A stretch of DNA of 51,294 bases. It comes from Candidatus Woesebacteria bacterium (GTDB lineage: Bacteria > Patescibacteriota > Microgenomatia > UBA8517). The notes beneath the pieces are model-generated. The model worked only from the letters and a program-made list of their open reading frames with translations, had not been told where the DNA came from and ran no database searches. Both the position numbers and the translations under genes were made by a program. The stretch is taken from the NCBI GenBank assembly GCA_020061305.1, contig JAGUYM010000014.1, forward strand, positions 183,920 to 235,213. The letters are read 5' to 3'. Shown in pieces: positions 8,425-17,878 of the stretch. The first letter of the stretch is position 1. The number at the start of each line of letters is the position of its first letter.

Positions 8425-9363
8425 ATGGAAAAAAGTAATCTTTTGTATTTATCATTACTTTCTTTTGTTTTAATTTCAACTTCTGCTATTTCAATTTCAT
8501 CACAGACCGATTATTTTAAAATTGATACGCAAAAAGTTTTAAAAGAAGTCAATGCGAAGTTTTTAGGTAAAAAGTACTCGGACTTGCCCGTCTTAAAAGA
8601 TGGGGCGACTTTTCCTATAATTTCGGCCCAATCTGCAGTTGCAATAGACCTAGTATCAGGTGTTTCATTATATGAAAAAGACCCAAACAAAAAACTACTT
8701 CCTGCTTCAACTACAAAAATAATGACTGCCTTAGTTGCTCTTGATACATATGATTTGGATCAAATATTAAAAGTTGGAAAAATTAATGTAGTAGGGCAAA
8801 AAATGGGTTTAGTTTGGGGAGAGGAGATAAAATTTATTGACTTATTAAAGGGCTTGTTAATTTTTTCGGCAAACGATGCGGCTGAAGTTTTGGCTTTAAA
8901 TCATCCAGCAGGGAGAGATGTGTTCATAGGTTTAATGAATAAAAAAGCACAGGACTTGGGTTTAAAAGATACCCATTTTGAAAATCCTACGGGGCTGGAT
9001 GGAAACGGTGGTCAGTATTCAACAACTAGAGATTTGGTAATTCTTTCCAAACAGGCAATAAAAAATCCCTTTTTTAAAGAAATTGTTGCAATTAAAAATG
9101 AAACAGTTAAGAGCGTTGATGGAAAATATATTCATAGGCTTATAAACATAAACAAACTATTGGGAGAAGTGGACGGGGTTTATGGAGTAAAAACAGGTTG
9201 GACAGAAAATGCAAGAGAAAATTTAGTTTCATATTTAGAAAGAGATAATAGAAAAATAATGATAGCAGTACTAGGAAGCAGTGACAGATTTGGAGAAACT
9301 AAAGAACTAATCAAATGGATATTTGATAATTACTCTTGGGAAGAAGTAAAAATTCCTAACTAG
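8425..9363 (+). CDS. D-alanyl-D-alanine carboxypeptidase (peptidase S11)
   Basis: PASTTKIMT (SxxK), SAN (SxN), KTG. Confidence 0.9.
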   Translation: MEKSNLLYLSLLSFVLISTSAISISSQTDYFKIDTQKVLKEVNAKFLGKKYSDLPVLKDGATFPIISAQSAVAIDLVSGVSLYEKDPNKKLLPASTTKIMTALVALDTYDLDQILKVGKINVVGQKMGLVWGEEIKFIDLLKGLLIFSANDAAEVLALNHPAGRDVFIGLMNKKAQDLGLKDTHFENPTGLDGNGGQYSTTRDLVILSKQAIKNPFFKEIVAIKNETVKSVDGKYIHRLININKLLGEVDGVYGVKTGWTENARENLVSYLERDNRKIMIAVLGSSDRFGETKELIKWIFDNYSWEEVKIPN

Positions 9364-9365
9364 GG

Positions 9366-10412
9366 TTATTCACCATAATAATCATTTGTTACTGCGGGGA
9401 TGTAAGCTACAAAGTCTTTGTCTCCTTCAATTACAAATATTGGCTGGAAGAATTCAACATAAACTCCTGGATCAAAATAGGCAAGATAAATTTTCCTTAT
9501 TTTTATATTTTCCCCATCTTGAACTGAACCCTGATTTGTTAGGAAATAATTTCCATGAGTGAGCTCCTGCCAAACCACCTCACTTGATTTAATGGGGTAT
9601 GTTGCAAATTGTTCTTCATCAACTGGAAAATAGTGATATTCTCCTGCAATTACATCTCTTCCCTTTTCTCTTAATCCCGAAAGCATAAACCAAATATTGG
9701 CTTGAATTGGGTTTTTGGTTATTGAAGGCATTTCATCAAACGATTTTCTGAAAAAATCTAGTCTTACCAAACTTGAGTCAGAAAGCGATAATGCCTCAAT
9801 AAAACCACCACCCTGAGTTTTTAAAAAGCTATTCTTAATAGGCCCGGTTAAATCTGTAGGCATTAGGTTTGCACCACTTAACATTTGCTTAACAGTTCCT
9901 GCACCAACTTCAGGTAGTGGGGGTTTGACAAGAAGTGGACTAGGATCGGCTGCTAAATCATAGCTAATTGAAAAACTGCCTGTAACAATATTCATTTCCA
10001 AACTTGCATTTGATGTCCTGTGGGAAAATCTAAAGATAGAGTCTGATATTTGAACCGCATCAGGAGTAAATCCAAGCCTTTGTGCCTTTTCTTTGGCAAA
10101 GTCCAAAGATAAAAGGTTTGCTGATATTTTTGGCATGAAATAAACTCTTGCCTGATCTTTAAAAGTGGGCAGGCTTCCATCAACTGTTTCCAAGGTAAAT
10201 GTTAGCTGTGGTTTCTGTTTATCCAAAAATGGAAGTTTGGGAAGTTTTCCAAAGGCAACAGTAGGAGGTGTTGGAGCAGGAGGAAAGACCTTTTTGTAAA
10301 CTGCAATCAAAACATTTAATGAAAATCTAGTGATAATTATAAAAATGACAAAATAAATAAAATATCTCAAAGATCTTCTTGCATAAATTGAACTTTCAGT
10401 GAGTGTGGCCAT
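9366..10412 (-). CDS. Membrane-anchored hypothetical protein (start re-called to 10412, MATLT)
   Basis: Long ORF, one N-terminal TM helix, PPAPTPP linker. Confidence 0.8.
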   Translation of the reverse strand: MATLTESSIYARRSLRYFIYFVIFIIITRFSLNVLIAVYKKVFPPAPTPPTVAFGKLPKLPFLDKQKPQLTFTLETVDGSLPTFKDQARVYFMPKISANLLSLDFAKEKAQRLGFTPDAVQISDSIFRFSHRTSNASLEMNIVTGSFSISYDLAADPSPLLVKPPLPEVGAGTVKQMLSGANLMPTDLTGPIKNSFLKTQGGGFIEALSLSDSSLVRLDFFRKSFDEMPSITKNPIQANIWFMLSGLREKGRDVIAGEYHYFPVDEEQFATYPIKSSEVVWQELTHGNYFLTNQGSVQDGENIKIRKIYLAYFDPGVYVEFFQPIFVIEGDKDFVAYIPAVTNDYYGE

Positions 10413-10418
10413 TTTATT

Positions 10419-10437
10419 TGCTATAATCATTTTAGCA
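10419..10437. promoter_or_regulatory. Overlapping divergent extended -10 promoters
   Basis: Plus TGCTATAAT 10419-10427, 9 nt before gltX ATG; minus TGCTAAAAT 10437-10429. Confidence 0.65.
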
Positions 10438-11753
10438 TGAATCAAAATAAAGTTAGAACTAGATTTGCACCCAGCCCAACAGGTTTTTTACATATTGGTG
10501 GTTTAAGAACTGCACTTTACGCATATCTCTTGGCAAAACATGAAGGGGGAGATTTTATACTTCGGATCGAAGACACTGATCAAAAAAGAGAAGTTGAAGG
10601 TGCAACTGAAGCGCTCCAAGAAACTTTAAAAAAATTTGGTTTAATTTGGGACGAATTTTACAAGCAATCAGAAAGACTTGAAAAATATAAAAGTGCCGCA
10701 GAAAAATTAGTTAGGGAAAGTTATGCTTTTTATTGCAATTGCAAACCTAAAAATGCAAAAGTAGAAGGGTTTTCTAAGGAATTGCGCGACCCATGTAGAG
10801 ATAAAAAGTTGACCAGTGGAGCAATAAAATTGAGGGTTCCAGATGGGCAGATTGTTAGATATCATGATTTTGTTCACAAGAAAGAAATATCTTGGAAAAC
10901 TGATGAAGTTTATGACGCCACACTTTTAAAATCAGATGGATTCCCAACTTACCATTTAGCTGTAGTAGTTGATGATACTGACATGAAGATAAGTCATATT
11001 ATAAGAGGACATGATTGGCTTCCCTCAACCCCAATACATCTTTTAGTTTTTGATTATTTGGTTAGTAAAAGGCCCGAGATTGGGCATTTAACAGATATTT
11101 TGTCAACTGAAACTGGCAAAAAACTTTCAAAAAGACGAGATTCTGTTTTTGTAGAACAATTCTTAGAAGAAGGTTATCTTTCAGAGGCACTTCTCAATTT
11201 TGTATTACTTTTAGGTTGGGCTCCCAAAAATAATAAAGAAATGTTTACTCTCACTGAGATGGTTAAAAGTTTTGACATAAACGGATTTCAGGACGCTAAT
11301 CCTAAGTTTTTTAGAGATAAACTTGATTGGTTTAATGGACAGTATATTCGTCAACTGAAAGTTGGCGACTTAAATTCTAAATTCCAAACTCTAAATTCTA
11401 AATTTAAAGCATTAAAGACAGAAACACAAATAGAAATTACAAAACTGGTTAAAGATAGAATTAGTAAGTTAACTGATATAAATACACTGGCCAAGTTTTT
11501 TTGGGAGACACCTGAAGTTGACAAGAGTCTTTTGGGCAATAATTATAAACTTCATCTTGCGAAAGCTATCGAGGCAATTGAAAACGATAAAGATTTGATG
11601 GAAGTTGTAAAGGAAAACAATTTTAAAACTGGAGACTTTTTTATGGATTTGAGAATTGCCATAACAGGCTCAAAGTTTACCCCTCCAATAAATGAATCAA
11701 TTGAAATTTTAGGAAAAGATGAAACATTAAAAAGACTTAAAAAAGTTATATGA
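10437..11753 (+). CDS. gltX: Glutamyl-tRNA synthetase
   Basis: RFAPSPTGFLHIGG, LRIEDTD, DGFPTYH, KLSKR. Confidence 0.95.
   Translation: MNQNKVRTRFAPSPTGFLHIGGLRTALYAYLLAKHEGGDFILRIEDTDQKREVEGATEALQETLKKFGLIWDEFYKQSERLEKYKSAAEKLVRESYAFYCNCKPKNAKVEGFSKELRDPCRDKKLTSGAIKLRVPDGQIVRYHDFVHKKEISWKTDEVYDATLLKSDGFPTYHLAVVVDDTDMKISHIIRGHDWLPSTPIHLLVFDYLVSKRPEIGHLTDILSTETGKKLSKRRDSVFVEQFLEEGYLSEALLNFVLLLGWAPKNNKEMFTLTEMVKSFDINGFQDANPKFFRDKLDWFNGQYIRQLKVGDLNSKFQTLNSKFKALKTETQIEITKLVKDRISKLTDINTLAKFFWETPEVDKSLLGNNYKLHLAKAIEAIENDKDLMEVVKENNFKTGDFFMDLRIAITGSKFTPPINESIEILGKDETLKRLKKVI
11370..11404 (+). repeat. 7-mer array inside gltX
   Basis: TTAAATT CTAAATT CCAAACT CTAAATT CTAAATT. Confidence 0.85.
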
Positions 11754-12682
11754 AACAAAATTCTGCCCAAAGCCTTGACCTTTTTAGGCAAAAACTTAAA
11801 TTAAAAAGCCTTGAGGCGGGAGAAAATTTCAAAAAAAATTTTCCTGAAGCCCATCAGTTTTTACTTGATAAAGGTTTAGAATTAAAAAAGATTAGAGAGC
11901 ATTCTGCAAAATTAATTTCTGCGGGGGCAATTACAGGAACACTTCTTTTGGCTCCACCCACAGGAGTTGGTGAATTGCCAAAGCCTACAGAAGTCATAAA
12001 AAGTCTGGATGAACCTGATTCAAATAGAAACAGACTTCCACAAAAAGAACTCCTTGAAGCACTTTCCAAAATGCTTCCGCAAGAAGTAAGGCCACTTCTT
12101 AGAGATGAAGAAAAGAGGTTGGAACAGGTAATAAAAGATATAACTGGAATACCTGCAAAAGCAACACTTGAAGAAGAGCACTTAAATACAATTTATGGTT
12201 ACATAGGTGCCGAACAGCACTTAAAAAGATTCCCTGGAGATACTTTGGAAAACCATGGACCTTATTATAAAGAGGGTATTGCTCCTGGCCTTGGTGCATG
12301 GGGTTATTTTGCTAAATCAAAAGATCAGTTGACGCCAGATTTAATTGAAACTGAAAAATGGTATTCTGTTGTTCAGACATTATATCTTCCCGGTTGGAAC
12401 TCAAGACAGCCATATCTTCGGGATTGGTACAAATACAGAAAACTTATGATATTAAACACTAAAAATGGAAATGCTGTTGTTACCGCAATTGCAGACTCAG
12501 GCCCTGCAGCTTGGACAGGTAAACATTTTGGAGGAAGCCCAGAAGTTATGGAATATCTGGGTGGAAGTAGATATAAAAAGGGTGCGGTTTTAGTCTTTTT
12601 TGTTGATGATCCTGAAAATAAAATAAAATTGGGCCCAGTCGATTATAATAAAATAAATAAAGAAAACTTAATACAAATATGA
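11750..12682 (+). CDS. Hypothetical protein with possible RlpA-like double-psi beta-barrel C-terminus
   Basis: NGNAVVTAIADSGP....KHFGGSPEVMEYLG resembles RlpA NGKSVVVRINDRGP...IIDLS. Confidence 0.5.
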   Translation: MKQNSAQSLDLFRQKLKLKSLEAGENFKKNFPEAHQFLLDKGLELKKIREHSAKLISAGAITGTLLLAPPTGVGELPKPTEVIKSLDEPDSNRNRLPQKELLEALSKMLPQEVRPLLRDEEKRLEQVIKDITGIPAKATLEEEHLNTIYGYIGAEQHLKRFPGDTLENHGPYYKEGIAPGLGAWGYFAKSKDQLTPDLIETEKWYSVVQTLYLPGWNSRQPYLRDWYKYRKLMILNTKNGNAVVTAIADSGPAAWTGKHFGGSPEVMEYLGGSRYKKGAVLVFFVDDPENKIKLGPVDYNKINKENLIQI

Positions 12683-12993
12683 GTCAATTATTTTTTGATA
12701 AAATCCTGGATTTGAGTAAATTAGAAAATGTCTTAAATAAGCTAACTCGTTCGACAGAAGAGCGGACGGAGTTGTGGTTACATGTTGATGAGATTATTCA
12801 TAACAGAATTATTTCTTGTTGTTTATTACATTTACATAAGGACCATCATCAAGAATTTTTGGAGATTTTTATTAGAAGCCCTTACGATAAAGGAATAATT
12901 AAGTATTTAGATGATAAAACAAAGAAAGATATGAAAAAAGTTTTACAAGATGAAATAAAACTTCTAGAAAAAGAAATTAGAGAGCTCAGATAA
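12679..12993 (+). CDS. Hypothetical protein
   Basis: ORF coupled to both neighbours. Confidence 0.7.
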   Translation: MSQLFFDKILDLSKLENVLNKLTRSTEERTELWLHVDEIIHNRIISCCLLHLHKDHHQEFLEIFIRSPYDKGIIKYLDDKTKKDMKKVLQDEIKLLEKEIRELR

Positions 12994-13335
12994 ATGGATA
13001 CTCATTACAAAGGTTTAATTTGGACCAATCATGCAATCCATAGAATGCGAGAAAGAGGAATATCACAGGGTGATGCGTGGGCTACATGGAACAGACCGGA
13101 GCAAAGTAGATACGCTGCTTCAAAAGGTGCGTGGGTGTATTATAGAACTTGGCCCGCTTCGACTGGCAAGCCGGGTGAATATATCAAGATCGAAGTTGTT
13201 GCAAAACGAAACGAGAAGAAACAATGGGTAATTATATCCGTTTGGAGCAATGAAGTAAAAAATACCAACAATCAGAGTCCTCAAAAATCACTTTTTCTTA
13301 CCCTTTTTAGAAATATTTTCTCGATTAAGAACTAA
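12994..13335 (+). CDS. DUF4258-family protein
   Basis: WTNHAIHRMRERGIS motif. Confidence 0.7.
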   Translation: MDTHYKGLIWTNHAIHRMRERGISQGDAWATWNRPEQSRYAASKGAWVYYRTWPASTGKPGEYIKIEVVAKRNEKKQWVIISVWSNEVKNTNNQSPQKSLFLTLFRNIFSIKN

Positions 13336-13530
13336 ATATATCAGAGGAAGGATGCCTAAAGAATTGACTACCAAGAGTGCGATGAACCATACATTTTGAT
13401 TCTTTTTTGCCGATTTCCAAAGGGCAAATCCTCGAAGTATTAAATCAATTAATGAAAACAAGGTCAACCCTCCAAAAAACCATCTCTTATCATAATCATA
13501 TCCCCAGTATCCCCATTTTCCGTACATCAT
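13288..13530 (-). CDS. DUF5652-family small membrane protein
   Basis: LRGFALWKSAKKNQNVWFIALLVVNSLGILPLIY. Confidence 0.8.
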   Translation of the reverse strand: MMYGKWGYWGYDYDKRWFFGGLTLFSLIDLILRGFALWKSAKKNQNVWFIALLVVNSLGILPLIYLVLNRENISKKGKKK

Positions 13531-13536
13531 TAGTTC

Positions 13537-13579
13537 ATCATATTAGATAGTTGACAAGATTTCAATAGATAACTAGAAT
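13537..13579. promoter_or_regulatory. Overlapping divergent sigma70 promoters, both apparently leaderless
   Basis: Plus TTGACA(13551)-17-TAGAAT(13574), ATG 8 nt later; minus TTGAAA-17-TATGAT(13542-13537), ATG 6 nt later. Confidence 0.75.
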
Positions 13580-13587
13580 GGATTTAG

Positions 13588-14274
13588 ATGACTGCCAAAA
13601 GTAAGACTTTTAAATATCTTCCGATCCTTGCAATTACTGCGTTTGTTTTGAGTTTTGCTGTTGTCAATTATAACAATTCTCAAGTTTTGAATACTTCGGA
13701 GGGGATGGTTTTAAGTGATAGGGACGAGAATTCTGAGGAGATTGAAAAGAGGAACGAAGAAAGAGTTGAAGCAACAAAAAGAGAAAATGAACAAAAGTCA
13801 GAAGAAGCTAAAAAAAGAAATGAAGTTAGGAAAGAGGTAAGAAATAGATCGGAGATTAGAGTTAGAGAGGTAGAAAGTGAAAGCGAGGATTCAGATCAAG
13901 ACGAGTTTGAATTAGAATCTGAAGGAGTAAAAGCAAGAACAGGTTTTCCGTTGAAATTGGATACCAAAACAAATGAGTTAATGGTGGCTGGCCCCAGTGG
14001 TGAGACCAAGGATGTTGCAGTTTTACCTGACAAAGCTGTTGAAAATCTCTTGGAAAATAAAAGGATAGAGTTAATAGATGAACCTTTAGATTTAGTTGAA
14101 AATAAAGATAAAAGTGAACTTGAATACAGAGCAGAGGCAGTTGAAGAGAAAAGATTTTTAGGATTGTTTAAAATTAGGCTTCAAAAAGAATTTAGAATTT
14201 CGTCAGAAACGGGTGAAGTAGATGAAATTCCTACAACGGGATTAAGAAGACTTCTTGATCTTCTCTCTTTCTAA
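13588..14274 (+). CDS. Exported hypothetical protein
   Basis: N-terminal hydrophobic helix, charged coiled region, strong promoter. Confidence 0.75.
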   Translation: MTAKSKTFKYLPILAITAFVLSFAVVNYNNSQVLNTSEGMVLSDRDENSEEIEKRNEERVEATKRENEQKSEEAKKRNEVRKEVRNRSEIRVREVESESEDSDQDEFELESEGVKARTGFPLKLDTKTNELMVAGPSGETKDVAVLPDKAVENLLENKRIELIDEPLDLVENKDKSELEYRAEAVEEKRFLGLFKIRLQKEFRISSETGEVDEIPTTGLRRLLDLLSF

Positions 14275-15213
14275 TATCCGAACAACTTCAGTAATATGCT
14301 CTGTATCCATAAGTTCAGCTCTTAAGGTTGTTGCTCCATCAAAACCTTTTATATACATTTTAAAAAACCTTTTAAGTGTGGCAAAATGCTTGCTATCACC
14401 ATATATGTGATGATGTAAGTTGGTGTGTTTGAGGGCAAGGTCAAGGAAATCATTAACTTTATGATCTATGTTATTATTTCCAAATATCCATGGGTTTTTG
14501 AGTATCCCTCTTGCAATCATTACTCCATCAACTCCATATTGTTTATGTTTTAAAACAGCTTCTTTTTTTGATAAAACATCCCCATTTCCAATAACCAATG
14601 TATTGGGAGAGATTTTATTTTTAATTTTTGTAATCTCACCAATTGCGTCCCAGTTAGCCTGACCATCTGACATTTGTGAGGGTGTTCTACAATGAACAGT
14701 AAGTGCGTCTATTTTTTGTTCAAGTAAAAATTGTACCCAGTCCTGATACGAGATAATTTTATTACCCAATCTTGTCTTAATGCTTAATGGAATTTTATTT
14801 TTGAGCCCTTCTTTTGTTGCATTAATTATTTCTTTAACTAGATCAAAATTACCAATGCATCCGGCTCCACCGCCAGATTCTACAACACTTCTGTGAGGGC
14901 AACCCATGTTTATATCTACCCCATCAAATCCCAAATTGAGACAGATTTGTGCTGATCTGAAGAAATTTTGGGGATTAGACCCCCAAATTTGGGCGACTAT
15001 TGGTCTTTGGCTCTTACTAAATTGAAGTCTTTTTATGGTTTCTGGATAACCTTTTTCAGATGTGAGCCCGTCAGTATTCGTAAATTCTGTAAAAAACACA
15101 TCAGGACGAGGTAAATATCTCGAAACTATTTCTCTAAACACATAATCGGTTACATTTTCCATTGGTGCCAAAACAATAAATGGTCTGGTAAGCTTGGTCC
15201 AGAAATTAATCAT
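14242..15213 (-). CDS. dus: tRNA-dihydrouridine synthase
   Basis: LAPMENVTD, DINMGCP, SIKTRLG, TVHCRT, GNGD, GVMIARG. Confidence 0.92.
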   Translation of the reverse strand: MINFWTKLTRPFIVLAPMENVTDYVFREIVSRYLPRPDVFFTEFTNTDGLTSEKGYPETIKRLQFSKSQRPIVAQIWGSNPQNFFRSAQICLNLGFDGVDINMGCPHRSVVESGGGAGCIGNFDLVKEIINATKEGLKNKIPLSIKTRLGNKIISYQDWVQFLLEQKIDALTVHCRTPSQMSDGQANWDAIGEITKIKNKISPNTLVIGNGDVLSKKEAVLKHKQYGVDGVMIARGILKNPWIFGNNNIDHKVNDFLDLALKHTNLHHHIYGDSKHFATLKRFFKMYIKGFDGATTLRAELMDTEHITEVVRILEREKIKKSS

Positions 15214-15279
15214 GATGTTTGTATTATAGCCGACTTTTGGCTATATATTTAAATCAAATACCTGATATAATGATGATAG

Positions 15280-15618
15280 ATGGGGAACTTTAATAGAGAT
15301 AGAAATTCAAGGGTTGGAAGATTTAGTAGTAACAATCGTGGAGATAGGCAGATGTTTAAAACAGTTTGTAGCAATTGTGGTAAGGATTGCCAGGTTCCAT
15401 TTAAGCCAACGGGAGATAAACCCGTTTATTGTAGCGAGTGTTTTGAAAAAATTGGTGGAAGAAGTGAAAGGAAATCTTCTGATAGATCAAGACTCAGAGG
15501 AGACAGTGGATTTAACGATATTAACATCAAATTAGACAGAATATTAAGTTTACTTGAACCAAAAGAACCAAAACCAAAAAAATCCAGCAAAAAAGTAGTT
15601 TCAGAAGAAAAGGTGTAA
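15280..15618 (+). CDS. CxxC-x17-CxxC zinc-finger protein
   Basis: CSNCGKDCQVPFKPTGDKPVYCSECF; TGATATAAT 8 nt before ATG. Confidence 0.88.
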   Translation: MGNFNRDRNSRVGRFSSNNRGDRQMFKTVCSNCGKDCQVPFKPTGDKPVYCSECFEKIGGRSERKSSDRSRLRGDSGFNDINIKLDRILSLLEPKEPKPKKSSKKVVSEEKV

Positions 15619-15718
15619 AAGTTTAATAGACTCAAATTTTAGTGGTATTAGTTCTGTATTTTCACTGTATATAAAACAGTTGAAAGAAATTCGAATGTTG
15701 TCTTGTATAATACGGTAG

Positions 15719-16198
15719 ATGAAGAAAATAATAGTTGTTTCCTTGGTTTTATTGGTGTTATCAATTGTCGGTTACTTTTTTTATAATTATTCAAAAAAAA
15801 CCAACTCTACTGATTTAACTGAAACCAGCCTAGTTGCACCAGGTAGACCTGCAGATATAACAGGATTGATAGTTTCACAATTAGGAAATGAGGTTGTTGT
15901 AGCCAAAGAAATTGGCAAAGTTATTTTATCTGAAGAGGAACAGGCTATTAAAAAAGCAGAATCACAAAAATTGACTCCGGAAGAACGGTCTGCTTTAAAA
16001 GCCCAAGAGAGTGCCAATTTAACAACTGAAGATATCAAATTAATAATTCCGGTAGGAACTACCATAGCAAAAGGTGCTGGCGATGCTAGCGGAAAACAAA
16101 TAATTGCAGATATTGCAGAACTTACAAAGGGCACATATATTTCGGTTTGGTTAGATCAAAACAATAATATAGAATATGTCAAAATTAAACAAATATAA
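15719..16198 (+). CDS. Membrane-anchored hypothetical protein, first gene of ABC operon 1
   Basis: Signal-anchor; overlaps adaptor gene. Confidence 0.75.
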   Translation: MKKIIVVSLVLLVLSIVGYFFYNYSKKTNSTDLTETSLVAPGRPADITGLIVSQLGNEVVVAKEIGKVILSEEEQAIKKAESQKLTPEERSALKAQESANLTTEDIKLIIPVGTTIAKGAGDASGKQIIADIAELTKGTYISVWLDQNNNIEYVKIKQI

Positions 16199-17195
16199 GT
16201 TTTATATAGTAGGAGGCTTAATTTTATTATTGGGAGTATCTTGGTATTTAATATCTAAAAACAAAACTGTAGTTGAACCGTTGCAAACCGCAAAAGTTGT
16301 AAAAGGAGACCTTAGTATTTCATTTTCTATCGATGGTAAATTGGTCGGAGATATTTACGAACCCACATTTGTCTTGGGTGGAAAAGTAAACCAAGTTTTT
16401 GTTAAAGAAGGGGATTATGTTAAGGCAGGTCAATGGATAGCAACTCTTGATACGGAAGAAGCCCAAAAGAATCTTGAGAAATTATTGCGTGATTATTCAA
16501 GTAAAAGAAATGATTTTGAAGAAATAACCGGGGTAACTTATGTAAACACAGTAGTAACTGATACGATACGAAGGATCTTGGAAAAAAATCAATGGGATTT
16601 GGAAAAAGCGGTAATTGATGTAGAACTTAAAAACATAGCTCTTAAACAATCAAGGTTGATTGCGCCAGTGTCAGGGATCGTGGCAAACCTAAATATTAAA
16701 ATTGGAGATGTCGTCAGCACACAAAACCAAACCCCGATTGTTACCATAGTAAAGTCTAATATTTTTTCCTTTGTTGCATATGCAGAGGAAAGTGATGCTT
16801 TAAAAATCGATAAAGATCAAATAGTAAAAATTTCTTTTGAGGCATACGACGACAAAGATTATCTTGCCAACAGGTATTTTTTGTCTCCTGTTGCCGAGAT
16901 TGATAGTAATGGATTAACTACCTACAAAGTTACTGCATATCTGGATACACCAAAGGATGTAAAACTAATGGATGGCATGGAAGGAAGTATCTTGTTTATT
17001 ACTAAGGAAGTCAAAGATGTAATTACAATCCCGAACAAGGCAGTTTACCGAGAAAACAATAAGTCTTATGTTGATGTTATAAACGATCACAAGGAAATCA
17101 GTAAAGTTGAAATTGAAACCGGATTTACAGATGGTAAATCGGTTGAAGTTACAAAAGGTTTAACCATTGACCAAAACGTTATAACCAGAAAATAA
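16176..17195 (+). CDS. MacA-like periplasmic adaptor
   Basis: GKVNQVFVKEGDYVKAGQ, LIAPVSGIV, IETGFTDG. Confidence 0.88.
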   Translation: MSKLNKYKFYIVGGLILLLGVSWYLISKNKTVVEPLQTAKVVKGDLSISFSIDGKLVGDIYEPTFVLGGKVNQVFVKEGDYVKAGQWIATLDTEEAQKNLEKLLRDYSSKRNDFEEITGVTYVNTVVTDTIRRILEKNQWDLEKAVIDVELKNIALKQSRLIAPVSGIVANLNIKIGDVVSTQNQTPIVTIVKSNIFSFVAYAEESDALKIDKDQIVKISFEAYDDKDYLANRYFLSPVAEIDSNGLTTYKVTAYLDTPKDVKLMDGMEGSILFITKEVKDVITIPNKAVYRENNKSYVDVINDHKEISKVEIETGFTDGKSVEVTKGLTIDQNVITRK

Positions 17196-17203
17196 AATGT
17201 ATC

Positions 17204-17878
17204 ATGCCTGTTATTACTCTTACATCTGTTAAAAAAAGTTACTTCATTAAAAATATCGAATATCCAATTTTAAAAGGCATAAATTTAACGGTTAATAAAG
17301 GAGAATTTGTGGCTTTAATGGGACCTTCTGGATCTGGAAAATCAACCCTTTTAAATATAATCGGTGGATTAGACAAATCAACTGAGGGGAAATATATTAT
17401 AAATGAAAAATTAGTATCGAACTTATCTTCAGATGAACTGGCCGATATCAGAAACATTTATATAGGTTTTATTTTTCAAAATTTTAATTTAATTCCCACA
17501 CTTTCAACGCTTGATAATGTGGCTTTGCCAAGTTTTTATTCAGGAGATGTAAATTATAAAAAAGCAGAAGAGTTACTTAGTATGGTGGGGCTTTCGGATA
17601 GACTGAGTAATAAACCCAATGAACTTTCGGGAGGCCAAAGACAAAGGGTGGCTATTGCAAGATCTTTAATTAATGATCCTGAATTTATCTTAGCCGATGA
17701 ACCTACGGGCAATCTTGATAGTAAGACCGGGGAGGAAATAATGAAACTAATAGTTTCCCTTAAAAAAGATTACGGTAAAACCATTTTAATGGTTACACAT
17801 GATCCACATTTAGCTAAACTAACCGACAGAATAATTTACCTTAAAGATGGTTATATTACGAAGAAAAAAAACGTATGA
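17204..17878 (+). CDS. ABC ATPase, LolD/MacB type
   Basis: GPSGSGKST, LSGGQRQRVAIAR, ILADEPTGNLD. Confidence 0.95.
   Translation: MPVITLTSVKKSYFIKNIEYPILKGINLTVNKGEFVALMGPSGSGKSTLLNIIGGLDKSTEGKYIINEKLVSNLSSDELADIRNIYIGFIFQNFNLIPTLSTLDNVALPSFYSGDVNYKKAEELLSMVGLSDRLSNKPNELSGGQRQRVAIARSLINDPEFILADEPTGNLDSKTGEEIMKLIVSLKKDYGKTILMVTHDPHLAKLTDRIIYLKDGYITKKKNV

Noticed and set aside
12679-13335. 104-aa ORF plus DUF4258 as a toxin-antitoxin pair
   Set aside because: Upstream protein has no recognisable antitoxin fold, and both lie in the gltX run without their own promoter
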